Source: Balanoglossus misakiensis
Taxonomy: Eukaryota; Animalia; Hemichordata
Direction: 5' to 3'
NCBI GenBank assembly: GCA_040954595.2
Contig: CM082581.2
Location: 13,093,921-13,157,920 of the forward strand
DNA length: 64,000 nt
The notes beneath the pieces are model-generated. The model was not told where the DNA came from. It searched no databases and was given only the letters and a program-made list of their open reading frames with translations. The translations under genes and the position numbers were made by a program. This document shows, one piece after another, positions 52,701 through 64,000 of the stretch (positions within the stretch are counted from its first letter, which is position 1; each line of letters opens with the position of its first letter).

Positions 52701-55700
52701 TATATACATGGTAGGTGTACTACAGGAAAAGCGTCTAGAAATTAAATTATACCATGAATATCCAAGTTAATGTCAATATCAGGATAATTTAGACTCTGTT
52801 TTCCTTCATTTCTAGGGGTCAGTACTTGTTCCGTCCAAAACCTGGAGAAATACAACCAAATAATGACTTTTTCCGTAGACTTTATCCTAAGATTATTCAA
52901 GACATAGAGGTAAGATATCAGAATTGCATTTTTGTGAAGAAACGAAAAAATGTGAGTAAAAAATCAATGCCATATCAATGACAGTTCAAAGGTTAAAACT
53001 TGAGCGTTGTAATTTCAGACCATTGAAACAAATTGGAAATGTGGCAGACACACCTTGCAGAGGATACACTGCAGAAGTGAAAACAGCAAAGGTGTTTATT
53101 GCCTACAATATGACGACACAAAAATTGTCAGTGGTCTCCGAGACAACACAATAAAGGTAGGTTTGAGTTTCTTTGTGTTTGTTAAATTCTCATCAGATCA
53201 GTAAAAACACCTTATTTTTTTCATGTTAGCTCTATGAATTTTAAAATGTTATCATTAGGGTGTCAAAGGCAGTGAATCGTGTTGTTTTTACATGACTTCC
53301 CTTTCAGATCTGGGATCGAAACACGCTGGAATGTGTACAGGTGTTAACAGGCCATACAGGATCAGTATTATGTTTGCAATATGATGAGAACGTAATAATA
53401 ACAGGATCTAGTGATTCAACTGTGAGGTGAGTCATGTGTACAGTGCAGTTTCTGGGTTGGTTGAAACTGCAAGGCTAAAAAAAATCCCTGACTTCTAATT
53501 TTATGGCCTGGGCTTACTGTCTGTGCTCAGCAGGCACAATGGCACAGTATCTTTCTCATGATCACCCGCAGTTGCAATCCATAATTCATGGCTCTGTCAG
53601 TTGAAATTCTAATCACGAGCAACAAGACGTGGCTTTCCCCTGGTCGCCTTTTGGCTTTTTGTCCATTAGCTGGTATTAGTCATGTAGGAATTACCTGTAA
53701 TCGCGGAAAGCCGCGGCTACTCCGGCTAATCGGACGCTGACTCCATAAAAAATGAACCAGATTTTCTCAAGATACATGAATAAAGCGCTCTCTGTTGTAA
53801 ATTCATCCTAGATTTGTTCATGTGAAACTGTATAGTCGCATTTTGCTTATGAAGTTGTCTCACAGCAAAATATTAACACTCATTAATTAACTGATGTTGT
53901 CTATGTCATTCCCTTGTGACAGAGTATGGAATGTACACACAGCTGACATGGTGAACACTCTCATACATCACTGTGAAGCCGTTCTTCATCTTCGATTCAA
54001 CGATGGCATGATGGTCACATGTTCAAAGGTAGATCGCCCTTTTGTTACGTACTTTTATATTGTCGTCATCTGTGTGTGTGTGTGTGGGGGGGGGGGGGTG
54101 GAGTAGCTTTGAGTGCAAAATAAGTAACTTGGCTGGAAAGATTCATGAACATGCCTTGACTAAAATCAATGCAAGACAACAGGTGCCTGGGTGAAAAGTT
54201 GATCTGACATCCAGGTGCTTGTGATACATGATACATTGTGAATTGAATTTCTCCACAGGCATAGATTTGTGTGTGCAACTGATCCCCATCTTCATAGTGA
54301 AAAAAAAACCCTGTACTGATTTGCAATTTGCAGGATCGTTCAATAGCAGTATGGGACATGCAATCACCGACAGACATCAACCTCCGACGGGTACTTGTGG
54401 GTCATCGGGCAGCTGTCAATGTGGTGGACTTTGATGACAAGTATATTGTGTCAGCGTCAGGCGACAGGACCATCAAGGTAAGTCTTATGTCTGGATGGGG
54501 GGCAGGGGAGAGTGTTTCAGTCCAGGTTGAGTTTGAGTTATGAGTTGAGCTTTTAGTCATTGTCCCGAGGTAGTATGCAAATCCTGGCTGGTGCTGATGA
54601 TTGATTCAGTGTTCTGAACAAAACATGTTACATGGCAACATTTCGAAAGTCTGTTGCCATGTATTTTTGAGCACATGTGTCAATGGGTTATCGTTATCTG
54701 TGTAGTTGATTGATTGATTGATAGTCTGGAAAGTGATATGCTGCATCCATTTACTGTGAAATGTGCATGGTGAAATACAGTACTGTGTATAAATAATGCT
54801 ACTTTATGACTTTAAATTTATCAGTTGTATGTTAAGTCATCAACTTCTAACGACATTACTGGTAGTTTTCACAAGTACTTCCCTTTACCTGACTTCGAAA
54901 AACAACTTCATTTCAGGTATGGAGCACTTCAACATGTGAATTTGTGCGGACCTTGAATGGCCATCGAAGGGGTATTGCTTGTTTGCAGTACAGAGACAGA
55001 CTTGTTGTTAGTGGGTCATCAGACAACACAATTAGGTAAGTTGGATATCGTAGCAAGTGCATTTTAACAGGAGAATGCTAGATGCAAACAATGAACAACA
55101 AATTGAACTTGCTAAGACAGAGTTTTTGACTGACTAGAAATTCTGAGGGATTGTGTGTGTGGTTTCCTTGCAGGTTATGGGATATAGAATGTGGTGCCTG
55201 CCTTCGCGTACTGGAAGGCCATGAAGAGCTTGTTCGCTGCATTCGATTTGATAACAAGAGAATTGTCAGTGGTGCTTATGACGGGTAAGTACTTCCTTCA
55301 GCTTCTTGTGACCGATGCAGAAGTTACCATGAATTATTGATGTCTACTGAGAATTTACAACTGTGAACTTGCGAGAAGGGTTCACTGCACTCTTCAATCA
55401 ATCTGGAAGGTCAGAACCGTTTCCTAAGGACGCTTGTCTTTCTCTTTTCCTTGTCTATTCAATTCCATTGAGTAGAAAGTCAATAGAGACAGGTCACTGG
55501 TCAGGTCTTCTAGTGCTGTGGCCTCTGGTTGAATGAACTGACCTTGATATGAACTTGCCATTGTGTACCCTCATCTGTTGTACATACAATGCAAAGAACA
55601 TCGTCTGGCATATATCTAATATGCTTCTTTGTCTTCAGGAAAATCAAAGTCTGGGACCTTCAGGCAGCGCTTGATCCAAGAGCGCCTGCAGGCACATTGT

Positions 55701-56345
55701 GCTTACGGACTTTAGTAGTAAGTATCTATGCATATGATCTAGATGTTTCTCATTCTGTTGTTCCCAAGTGTTGGTTTCAGAGTAGTTCTTGTAAGAAGAA
55801 TATTTATGTATATTTAACTGTGACATATTTGGCTCAAAAAGTTTCTACTTGGATGACCCAAGTGTCTTGTTTTGTAAGGCTTTCCAGACAATGAGCATTG
55901 TTCCTCATTCACAGTGTGTGTTCATGCACATCAATTGTGAATTGAGCTAATTTTATCATGACCTGGGGTGTATTCAACCATCATTAGAACTGAAGAGTTC
56001 AGTCGCTTGTCAAATGGGTCTATTGTTAAAACACAAGAATTCATAAGTTACAAAGCGGATGTATGGAGAAGTTTATAAGTGTGTTTTTTGACTGTGTACT
56101 GTCATCCATGTCTCTTGTTTGTCATTCCATGCGCCTTGTACTGTTACAATTTTATTTTGCTTGTGTCTTCTTTTCTACTGCAGGAGCATTCAGGAAGGGT
56201 TTTCCGGCTTCAATTTGATGAGTTCCAGATCGTCAGCAGTTCCCACGACGACACCATCCTCATCTGGGACTTTCTGAATGCCCCACAACTCGAAGGAGGT
56301 ACTTCACGTTCACCTTCCCGTACTTACACTTACGTTTCAAAATGA
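49772..56345 (+). CDS. BTRC: beta-TrCP F-box/WD40 protein (BTRC/FBXW11/slimb co-orthologue), 12 coding exons, 508 aa
   Basis: Exons 49772-49816, 51011-51233, 52136-52322, 52816-52909, 53019-53156, 53308-53426, 53923-54028, 54334-54477, 54917-55035, 55174-55284, 55639-55717, 56184-56345 (1527 nt). D-domain [23 protein letters not shown]-box [30 protein letters not shown]40 repeats, C-terminus [11 protein letters not shown]. Confidence 0.98.
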
Positions 56346-58771
56346 CAGCTCAGTAATCTTCACTGAGGGATCTCCACTTTCTCTTTCGCTGCCCGTGTAG
56401 CAATACGAAAAAAAAGAGAAGTTCAGGAGGTCAAAATTAAGAACTCTTCCAGTCTTTGAGCAGGATCTTTTAATGGGAGGCAGTTTTCAGATGATACAGA
56501 CCTTAGTAGATGTTTGTGAGGAAATCAGTCACCTTGATTTGTAGACGTCAACCCCATAAAAAATTGCAATCCCAGCACATTGCCTGGAACTTGCCATTTT
56601 GTGATTTTGTGTATCTCCAAGAAATGAGAGAACGATTATTTATAATAAAAGGAGTCTTGTTGACATGAAGTGTGTTGATTTTGACATGATATATGTCGAG
56701 AATGTCACATGAGAACAGCCAATCTTGTTGTCAGAAGCAGTCCATGAGAAACATTGTCAGCAGCAGGTGTGGCATTCACCCCTGAGGTGAGATGAAAGTG
56801 GTTTGATCTCTGTTTGTACAAGATGGAAATAAAAGTTTGAATGATCAAGGTGATGTCTGTATAAAAGACATGGCCAGAAGTTTTGACATTCTGCAGGCCA
56901 CTTCTGTCAGCGACTCAACTAATTTTAGCTTCAGATTTCTTTTCATGGCAGAAACAAATATCTATCAGAACCCTTTATATTAAGGCATGTGAAATCACAC
57001 TTCATCAGGACAAGCTCTTAATGTAAAAAAAGATGAAATGATTACATAAGCTTTGTAACAAACCATTTGAATTTAATCAAAAGGGAAGATGGAGTACTAA
57101 GCCTGATTGGACATAACATGTAGCAATTCATAGGATGGGGACATTTAATGCAAACTGCTCAATACTTAAAAACAAACTAATAAACTCATTAATATGAGTT
57201 TATTCATCGGTGAGGGGATTTTGTACTGTGTACATTATGACTTGGTATATTTGTGGTCTGTGAATTTCTCTTTTTTGTTCATTTTTTTCATTTTCAAAGT
57301 GCAAAAGTACCTGTTAATCTGTTGTCGCTCAGTTACCAAGTTTTTTTTAACTGTTTCAGTGCAACCTGTGTGGCTTGGCATAAAACCATTGACCCCCGTG
57401 TTTTCCCGTCTAGTGAATGGTGATTTGTGTTGATTTTCTCCTTGGAATTAACCATTAACCTGAATAATCTATGCTTTGTGTCATATTCTGCCATGGAGAT
57501 CAAAACTTTAAACCAAAATCTCAGATTTGGGGGTCTGCTGTATTTGCAGCTGTGAAATAGTTTGGTCAAAAAGTGCCTCAGTTTCGATTTTTGTTTTATC
57601 CCACTGACAGACTGCAGTGCCGGCCTTGTCTGACGAGAAAAGCTGATAGTTGTTTTTTCTCTTCTAGGTAAAGGGAGGCAGACAGAAAATCAGGTACTTT
57701 GATTGTCTGTGTCAGATCTGTTTTTTTTTTGTGGGTCTTTGATTCTGAGTGCAATTTTTTTAAAACACGAAACACAGTTGAGAAACAATCTTTTGGGTGT
57801 TGTACAGTCCACAAATGTCTGAATGTGTAGTTGTACTTGTAAATGTCACTGTCTACCGATAGTGGCTGCTGAATATCTGGGGATGTTTTCGAGAAATTTG
57901 AAGCTGCACAGCTGTTTTTGTCTTGTCATTTCTTCAAACTAAACACACCACATTAGAAAGACATTGAGGTAGAGATAAAAAAGTAATAAAAGCATGTAAA
58001 AAAATTTCTACTGCTGAATAAACATAAGAAATTGGCCACAGGTATGGGTAGATTTTTTCTATCACTCAAGATGGTCATTTACATTTTTTTCATTAAATTT
58101 AACTCTGTGGCCTATTTCTTACAATTATTTGTCAGTTTCTGTAAATCCTTCGTAAATTGGTGTTTTGTCTACTGTTTTTCATTTCACTGTTCGACTTTTT
58201 TTCTTACATTCATAATTTCACGTACGGTAGCATTTTCCACCCTTGCTAAAGTCATCAGCCAAGATGTGTGCTGAGGGGGGATAAACTTAAATACCAATTG
58301 AAAGCTTCAATCACAGAATGATATGTGAACTGTACAACACTCAGTAACAGAATAAAAAGGAAAATAACAAATAAAACAAAAAAAAGATACATGTCATCAT
58401 AGTTGTGAATGCACATCAGAGAATTTCATCATGGTGTGTCTAAGATTTTTCATTTTATTGCTTTTGTGATAATATTATATGCCAGGGTTCCGACAACATG
58501 GAACCATATAGAAGAAAGCTTGAGAGACAATTTGTCTGCTTAATTGTTCTTTTCTTGATAAAGGGAGGTGGTCCTCTCAGACCAGTGTATTTGTCATTGG
58601 AAACTGTCACTACGAAAATTGTATCAGTATTCTGACATTGATACTTTACTTTGTATTTTCAAAATAAAACATGTTTTATATTCTTCAAGCTATGTGATCT
58701 TTTACTATGTGGTTTTGAAAAAAAATCTTGGCATGTTGATTTTCAATTTCTTTGAATATTAAATGACTCCC

Positions 58772-58803
58772 AGCATAGACCCTGGAGCTCTAGGATCTAT
58801 GCT
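58772..58803. repeat. 32-bp near-perfect palindrome (short palindromic insertion)
   Basis: AGCATAGACCCTGGAG|CTCTAGGATCTATGCT. Confidence 0.75.
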
Positions 58804-61696
58804 TCCAGGTACCTTCCAGCTTTTGACATTCTCTCGGTTCCCCTCTTTGACTGTTGTATTTTAGAAATGTAAACATTGGGGAATACAGACGGTATTGCAT
58901 ATCAAATGTTCTGTTTTATGTATTTGTGGTGTAAATTAAAAGCAGCAGTGGCAATAGTATGTCAGACTTTCCTCTGTGTATAAACATTCACCACTGAAAT
59001 AATACCCATAGATTATAAATGACATGGCAGTTTTTCCTCATGGTGTCTCTGATTGTTGCTGCAACCACAAGAATTATTTTGTGTGGCAGCATGCAAATTG
59101 GGAGAGGGGTGTGCACATGTCCAGACAACTATACCAAGCGGTCAAAAGGGGGAAAAGGGTATGAACTTGACCAGTACAAGCTGATGACCAAAACTGTACA
59201 TCTTTTTAAAATGCTAAGCTTACTTGCTTGTGTTCATTGATCATACCTTTTCCATAGAAATTGTGTTTTAAACCTTTTACAACAGCAGTGGTTGACTTCC
59301 TTTGTACAAATCTGTATGGGTTGCTGTAATGCATAGCGAAAGACAGCTGTGCTGCATGCATGCATCAACACACAAAATAGGAATATTTTTATGGATACTA
59401 TTGGTAATCAATAGTCACACACCCCTTGAAACTGTGGTTATTTTGTTGTTCTTTTTCATAATCCCACTGGTTGGGCCTGTTTTGAACTTTTGAATAAAAG
59501 CAGGTGATTATCTGCTGTTCTTTTTGATGTCATCCCCCAACCAAGACAAGTGGGGGGTCTGCACAACTATAAATTTTCTAAGATGCTAAGGGGTCTTTAA
59601 AATTCTGTAAGACTATTGGCTGAGAGCTTGTGAAACTGAGACTTAATTTACATTCAGACCTGCTATCTTAGTAAAAAAAATCAAAACTCATGGAAATGAA
59701 GTGGAGTGGTTTTTTGGGGGAAAGTAACATTTCATGTAGTTTAACCAACATTATATAAGAGAGACTGGTCCAATAAAATTATATGAAACAAAGTATACTA
59801 ACCGGTATGGGGTGATGAACAGGAAGTGTAAATAAATTTTTAAATTTTGGAAAGTCATTGTTCAGTTGAGTAGTTTGTAAGCAAACCACCTAACCTGCTC
59901 ATTTGTAAATACTATAGTCCAATAGAACGCTGTTTTGCCTATTTACTTAGAACACTGCACATTTCAGGAGAGATTTTCTTTGTTTTTGGGTCTTGTACCA
60001 TTTGCTGTTATTTGTTGTTCAAGACTCAACACAACAGGTCTTATACAGATGACTTGGTTTCCCTGAATAGCAATTTTTGTGTATAGTCTAGTTTTTAGCA
60101 TGGGAATGTCATTAGTGGAAACTTTTCCATGGTTGTGTTTTGTTTAGCTCATGTCTTTAAGTGAATCATCTGCACTTGTCCATGCCTTTCTTGAATTGCT
60201 ATGAAAAAAGGGCTTTAAAAGCTTTTTCAGAAAAAAATAGTAAGAAATGCAGTACCAATGTAAAGATTTATTTATAAAAGTTATATCTCAAAGCTGCAAA
60301 GTAAAAAAATCAATGGAAAAGCTGCAAATTTTATGTGTGCAGAGAGCTTTACAAACATATTGGGCAGTCATGTACAACAAATTGAAAGCTACAGATTGCT
60401 ATAGCACTAGTATTTCCAGTTTATTTTTTGAGTCTGGACAGGATTTGTTTCTTTAATCCTTCTTTTGGTGATAGGAACTGTGTGGTGAAGGCAAAGTAAC
60501 TGTCTGTGAATATTGTGGAATACTTCATTCTCACTCTGAAATTTTCATTTTCCAACTCAATTAAAATCCTAGTGGATTGTGTTTGTTTTACACGCATGTT
60601 GACAAGAAGTTGTGAAAATGATATACAAAAATTTGTTTTCAATGAGAATAAAGTATTCTGCAGTGTGGGGCTGAGAAGTGATGTGTACATCGCCTGCACA
60701 GATTTCTGTTTGTTCAGTTTTGACTATGCTTTTCTTGTCACCAGAATGTTCATGTTTTTTTTGTCTTAAGCATAAAATGTTAACATTTGACCTCTACAAA
60801 ATGTATTGCTCTTCTGACATGAAAATATTGTAAGATAATAAACTGCCAAGAATCAGTATAAATCATGTCTGTAGAAAAATTACTTTTCTTGATTCAATCA
60901 ACTTGTTGACCCCTTTTGCGTACATAGCTGGGTATTATCACCCCCAGCACTTCATACGTTTCTATGCCAAAAAGTGGTTTCTGTATGTGTGGGTCAAACC
61001 ATCTGATGTGAACAATAGGGGTGAGTCAGAGTGGAATATGTGAGGGACTTTGTGTTGGTGCTTTTGTGATGGCTACTGTGTATAGCAAGTTTCTGTATCA
61101 TTGTGTAATAAAAGTTTTGTCAAATATTCGATTATACCCAAGCCTAAGTTCTTTTTCCCTGTAAACATTTACCTAACCTACTGAATTTCCCCCTTTTCTA
61201 TTTACAAGTCTTGCCCTTAGAACCATGAACTTGGTCAAGATGATATGAGTTTGATACTCCAAGTTTTTTTTTTTATTCAAACTAGTTCAGTTCAGACTAC
61301 CATAGAACAGTGAAAATTCCAGTTATTTACAAAATCATAATTGTCTGACAAAAACAACAGAAAATGGAATGGAAATAAAGGAGACAGAAGAAGATAAATA
61401 AACATAAGCAAAATATAACTAGGTCCATCACCAATACATCATGAACTCTTTCCTGCTTCCATGTTCAAGTTTTATGCATGGCAGTTTCAAAGCAATGCTG
61501 TTGATATACACCTCTACTATAAAAAAAATTCGGCACCCAACAGAAACTGTAACACCACCACATGAAACATTCACCCGTACTATTCAGGTGAGCACAGTAA
61601 TTGTATATCGTACAATGAGCATGATTGTTGAACTGAGAACACAATTTACTATTCCCTCTTAAGTTTTCTTGAGACACTTGTGTTCATGATATATCT

Positions 61697-64000
61697 TCAG
61701 TATTTAGGCTTCTTGGCGGCACGGGATCGGAGCTTTCTGGTCACAATGCCGTGTGAGGTATCCCCTGCCTTGTTGTCAGTGATGGCTTGAAGTGCCTGGG
61801 AGATGGACGCAAAAGAATATACACGTAAAATGACAAGAAATAGAGAGTTGATAGCGTAGTCAAGGATAGCCATTATTGATTAATATTAACACCTTTCTCA
61901 CACAGTGAAACCTATGAGAAACATCAAAACAAAAACCATGTTTTGTATTCTGGTGTTAATTCTGACCACATTTTCTCCTGCTCAGCAATGCTTCTAACAT
62001 AATGTAGAAAGATACTTACATCATAAGGCAATTCTAAGGGAGATGAAATATCTGTCTTGTATAATTTCTTCTTTCCTCGTCTTTTGTCCTGTTGTGGCTG
62101 TTGTCTGGGAGGTGAGTCTGGCTCTGTCGCACTGCCCCCAGTGGCAGCTTCCAGAATTTTCCTGGCTGAAGAGGAGGCAGTCGATGCTGAGTTTTATTTG
62201 ACCAGTTGTCATGGAAATGCAGCGAATGAGGGACAGAATGCAGAGGTTGGGCGGAAATAAAGAAGACAGAACAGTAGACAGATAGTTAGGCATTTAGTGA
62301 CAGCAAGCTGTGAGAGAGCAAGAGCCCACTTGGCCTTTCACCCCCAGTTCCCTCTATAGAGGTCCAGGTTTACCACAGAATGCAGTGGATTTGGACCAAA
62401 CCATGGCGGTGAGAGGGTTAATGTCACCCGTCAGTGGAGTTTGTCTACTAAAGGTGTGTGTCTTGTGTGCATCTCTGCCACCCTCTCTCTCTCTTCCATC
62501 TCTCTCTCTCTCATTACTCTCTCTATCCTTCTAACTACTTGAAACTATGCTAACAGTGCAGTTAGGAAAAATATTGCAAGGTGCAAGCATAGTAATAGTC
62601 CAGACACACCATCACCCAACAGGAAAGATCTGCAGAAATCCAGATTGGCATGAGAGTGTTTGATAGAACTTTAGCTTTGCTTACCTGATTTACCAAATGG
62701 TGAGTTCTGAATGTACTCTCCCAGTTTGGATAACGTGGTTTGTTCAGTCTTTATGTCTGTGTTCTCAATCTGCAGAGACAATCAATGTTTACATCATTTC
62801 CTGTAATCCTCAAATTATTTGTGTTTGTGAAGTTCAAAACTGGAAGACAAAATCTGAATCAGATTCAGAGTGTGTGTTTTTGATCTTATACCTTTGATGG
62901 GCTAAGAGGCGTTGCCGGCTCTGATTCAGATTCCTTAGCTGTTCTCCCTCTTCGTCGTCTTGTTTTGACCTGGGCACTGTCCACGTCCTGTTTCACATGC
63001 TTTGTGGTGTTCTCCTGCTCCTGTTATCACAAGTACAGCACACAAAGCGTGAGTACCACTCTATCAAAGTCTTCATGGTCAAACATCACAACTTACCAAA
63101 TAACCTTATGGCAGAAAGAGGGTTCAGATAACAAATTCATACCTCTTCATTTGGATCAGTGACTTTCCTCTTCCTGCTTCCCCTTGTCGCTCTGGTCGTC
63201 CGTTTCGTGGCTTTCTTCTGCAGCGGTGTGACGTCGATTTCCATGTGCAGCGATTGATTCTTGTCGTTTTCAAACACCGGAGCACTGATGGAATCATCAC
63301 TATGGGAGTGGGGTTCTTCCTTGATGGTTGTCTGGCTGACGGTCAACTTTTCACCCTCAGTTTCGCACTCCTCGGACTTGTCATGAGGCTGAAAAAAGAT
63401 AACATACAAAACACAAATGAGATCTGTTGTTCAAGTCCAATGTTGACCCTGTGAGATCATCAAGTGCAATACTTGCAATCACAATCTGTGATTATACAAA
63501 CAATACAAAGGAGGCAAAAAAAAAAAGAGTTAATTTTACCTGAAGAATTGACAGTTGAGATTGCAGTTGATTGTTTGCCCTTTTCAAATCTTCAATGATG
63601 AGATTTTTGGCTTCCACAGCTTTTTCCAGCTGACCTGAGGACTGCTTGCTATCAGTGTGTTGTGTGTGCAGCTGTAAGTCAAAGATGACAGAGGAGATGA
63701 GAGTTGGTGAGAAAAGATGATAGGCTGGAGATGGAGGATTGGCAAGCCAGTTATTTAGTTGAGACATTCATTGATGCCATTCATTGATTGAAGACTCACA
63801 TTGCCATATTTCCTTTGTTTCAACCCAAATTATACCACAGAGAGTCCAAAAGAATTTCTGGGCAAAGTCAAAATATGCGCTTTTGCTATCTATAGTCTTA
63901 GACCAAACATCCCCAATCCCTACCTGCTTCCTGAGAGTCTCAATTTCTTTGGCAAGATGATCATCACTGACAGATGCAGCGGTGCCCCTTCTTGACCTGG
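61697..64000 (-). CDS. KIF20B: Kinesin-6 family protein, KIF20B/MPP1-like C-terminal tail (5'-partial)
   Basis: Exons (beyond 64000)-63924, 63671-63540, 63388-63143, 63020-62892, 62769-62685, 62165-62020, 61795-61697, all in phase. KLGEYIQNSPFGKSARKILE, KKKLYKTDISSPLE and HGIVTRKLRSRAAKKPKY* resemble the remembered human KIF20B tail (KFGDFLQHSP..KAKKIIE, KRKLYTSEISSPID, HQIIKRRLRTKTAK). Minus-strand AATAAA at 61277-61272. Confidence 0.85.
62334..62421. mobile_element. Short non-autonomous piggyBac-like element in a KIF20 intron
   Basis: Inverted ends CCTTTCACCCCCA and TGGCGGTGAGAGGG followed by TTAA; the left TTAA is absent. Confidence 0.5.

Noticed and set aside
56343-56366. Stop-codon readthrough of beta-TrCP (TGA-C)
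   Set aside because: The next in-frame stop is 6 codons later and there is no CTAG readthrough context.

Overview
Eukaryotic, intron-rich genomic DNA from an invertebrate animal. A non-vertebrate deuterostome is my guess from the single-copy genes and intron positions; it is not proven. Five complete protein-coding genes could be spliced by hand into intact reading frames: a myosin II regulatory light chain (+, 222-4458), the PP2A B55/PPP2R2 regulatory subunit (+, 22795-30716), exportin-7 (-, 36580-46868), PBDC1 (-, 47852-49432) and beta-TrCP (+, 49772-56345). The window also holds the 3' end of a KIF20B-like kinesin-6 (-, 61697 to beyond 64000) and a tRNA-Val(UAC). Most ORFs in the supplied track are spurious or are exon fragments. 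Main observations: (1) the CpG-rich stretch of about 15 kb upstream of B55 appears to hold several alternative promoters and first exons, all ending in phase 1, which would give B55 different N-termini; (2) a well-formed box C/D snoRNA candidate lies inside the U12-type intron of B55; (3) there are three minor-spliceosome introns, one of them AT-AC; (4) the RLC has a non-muscle-type N-terminus but a sarcomeric-type exon structure; (5) RFX X-boxes cluster across the B55 locus. No database searches were run; homologue sequences quoted are from memory.
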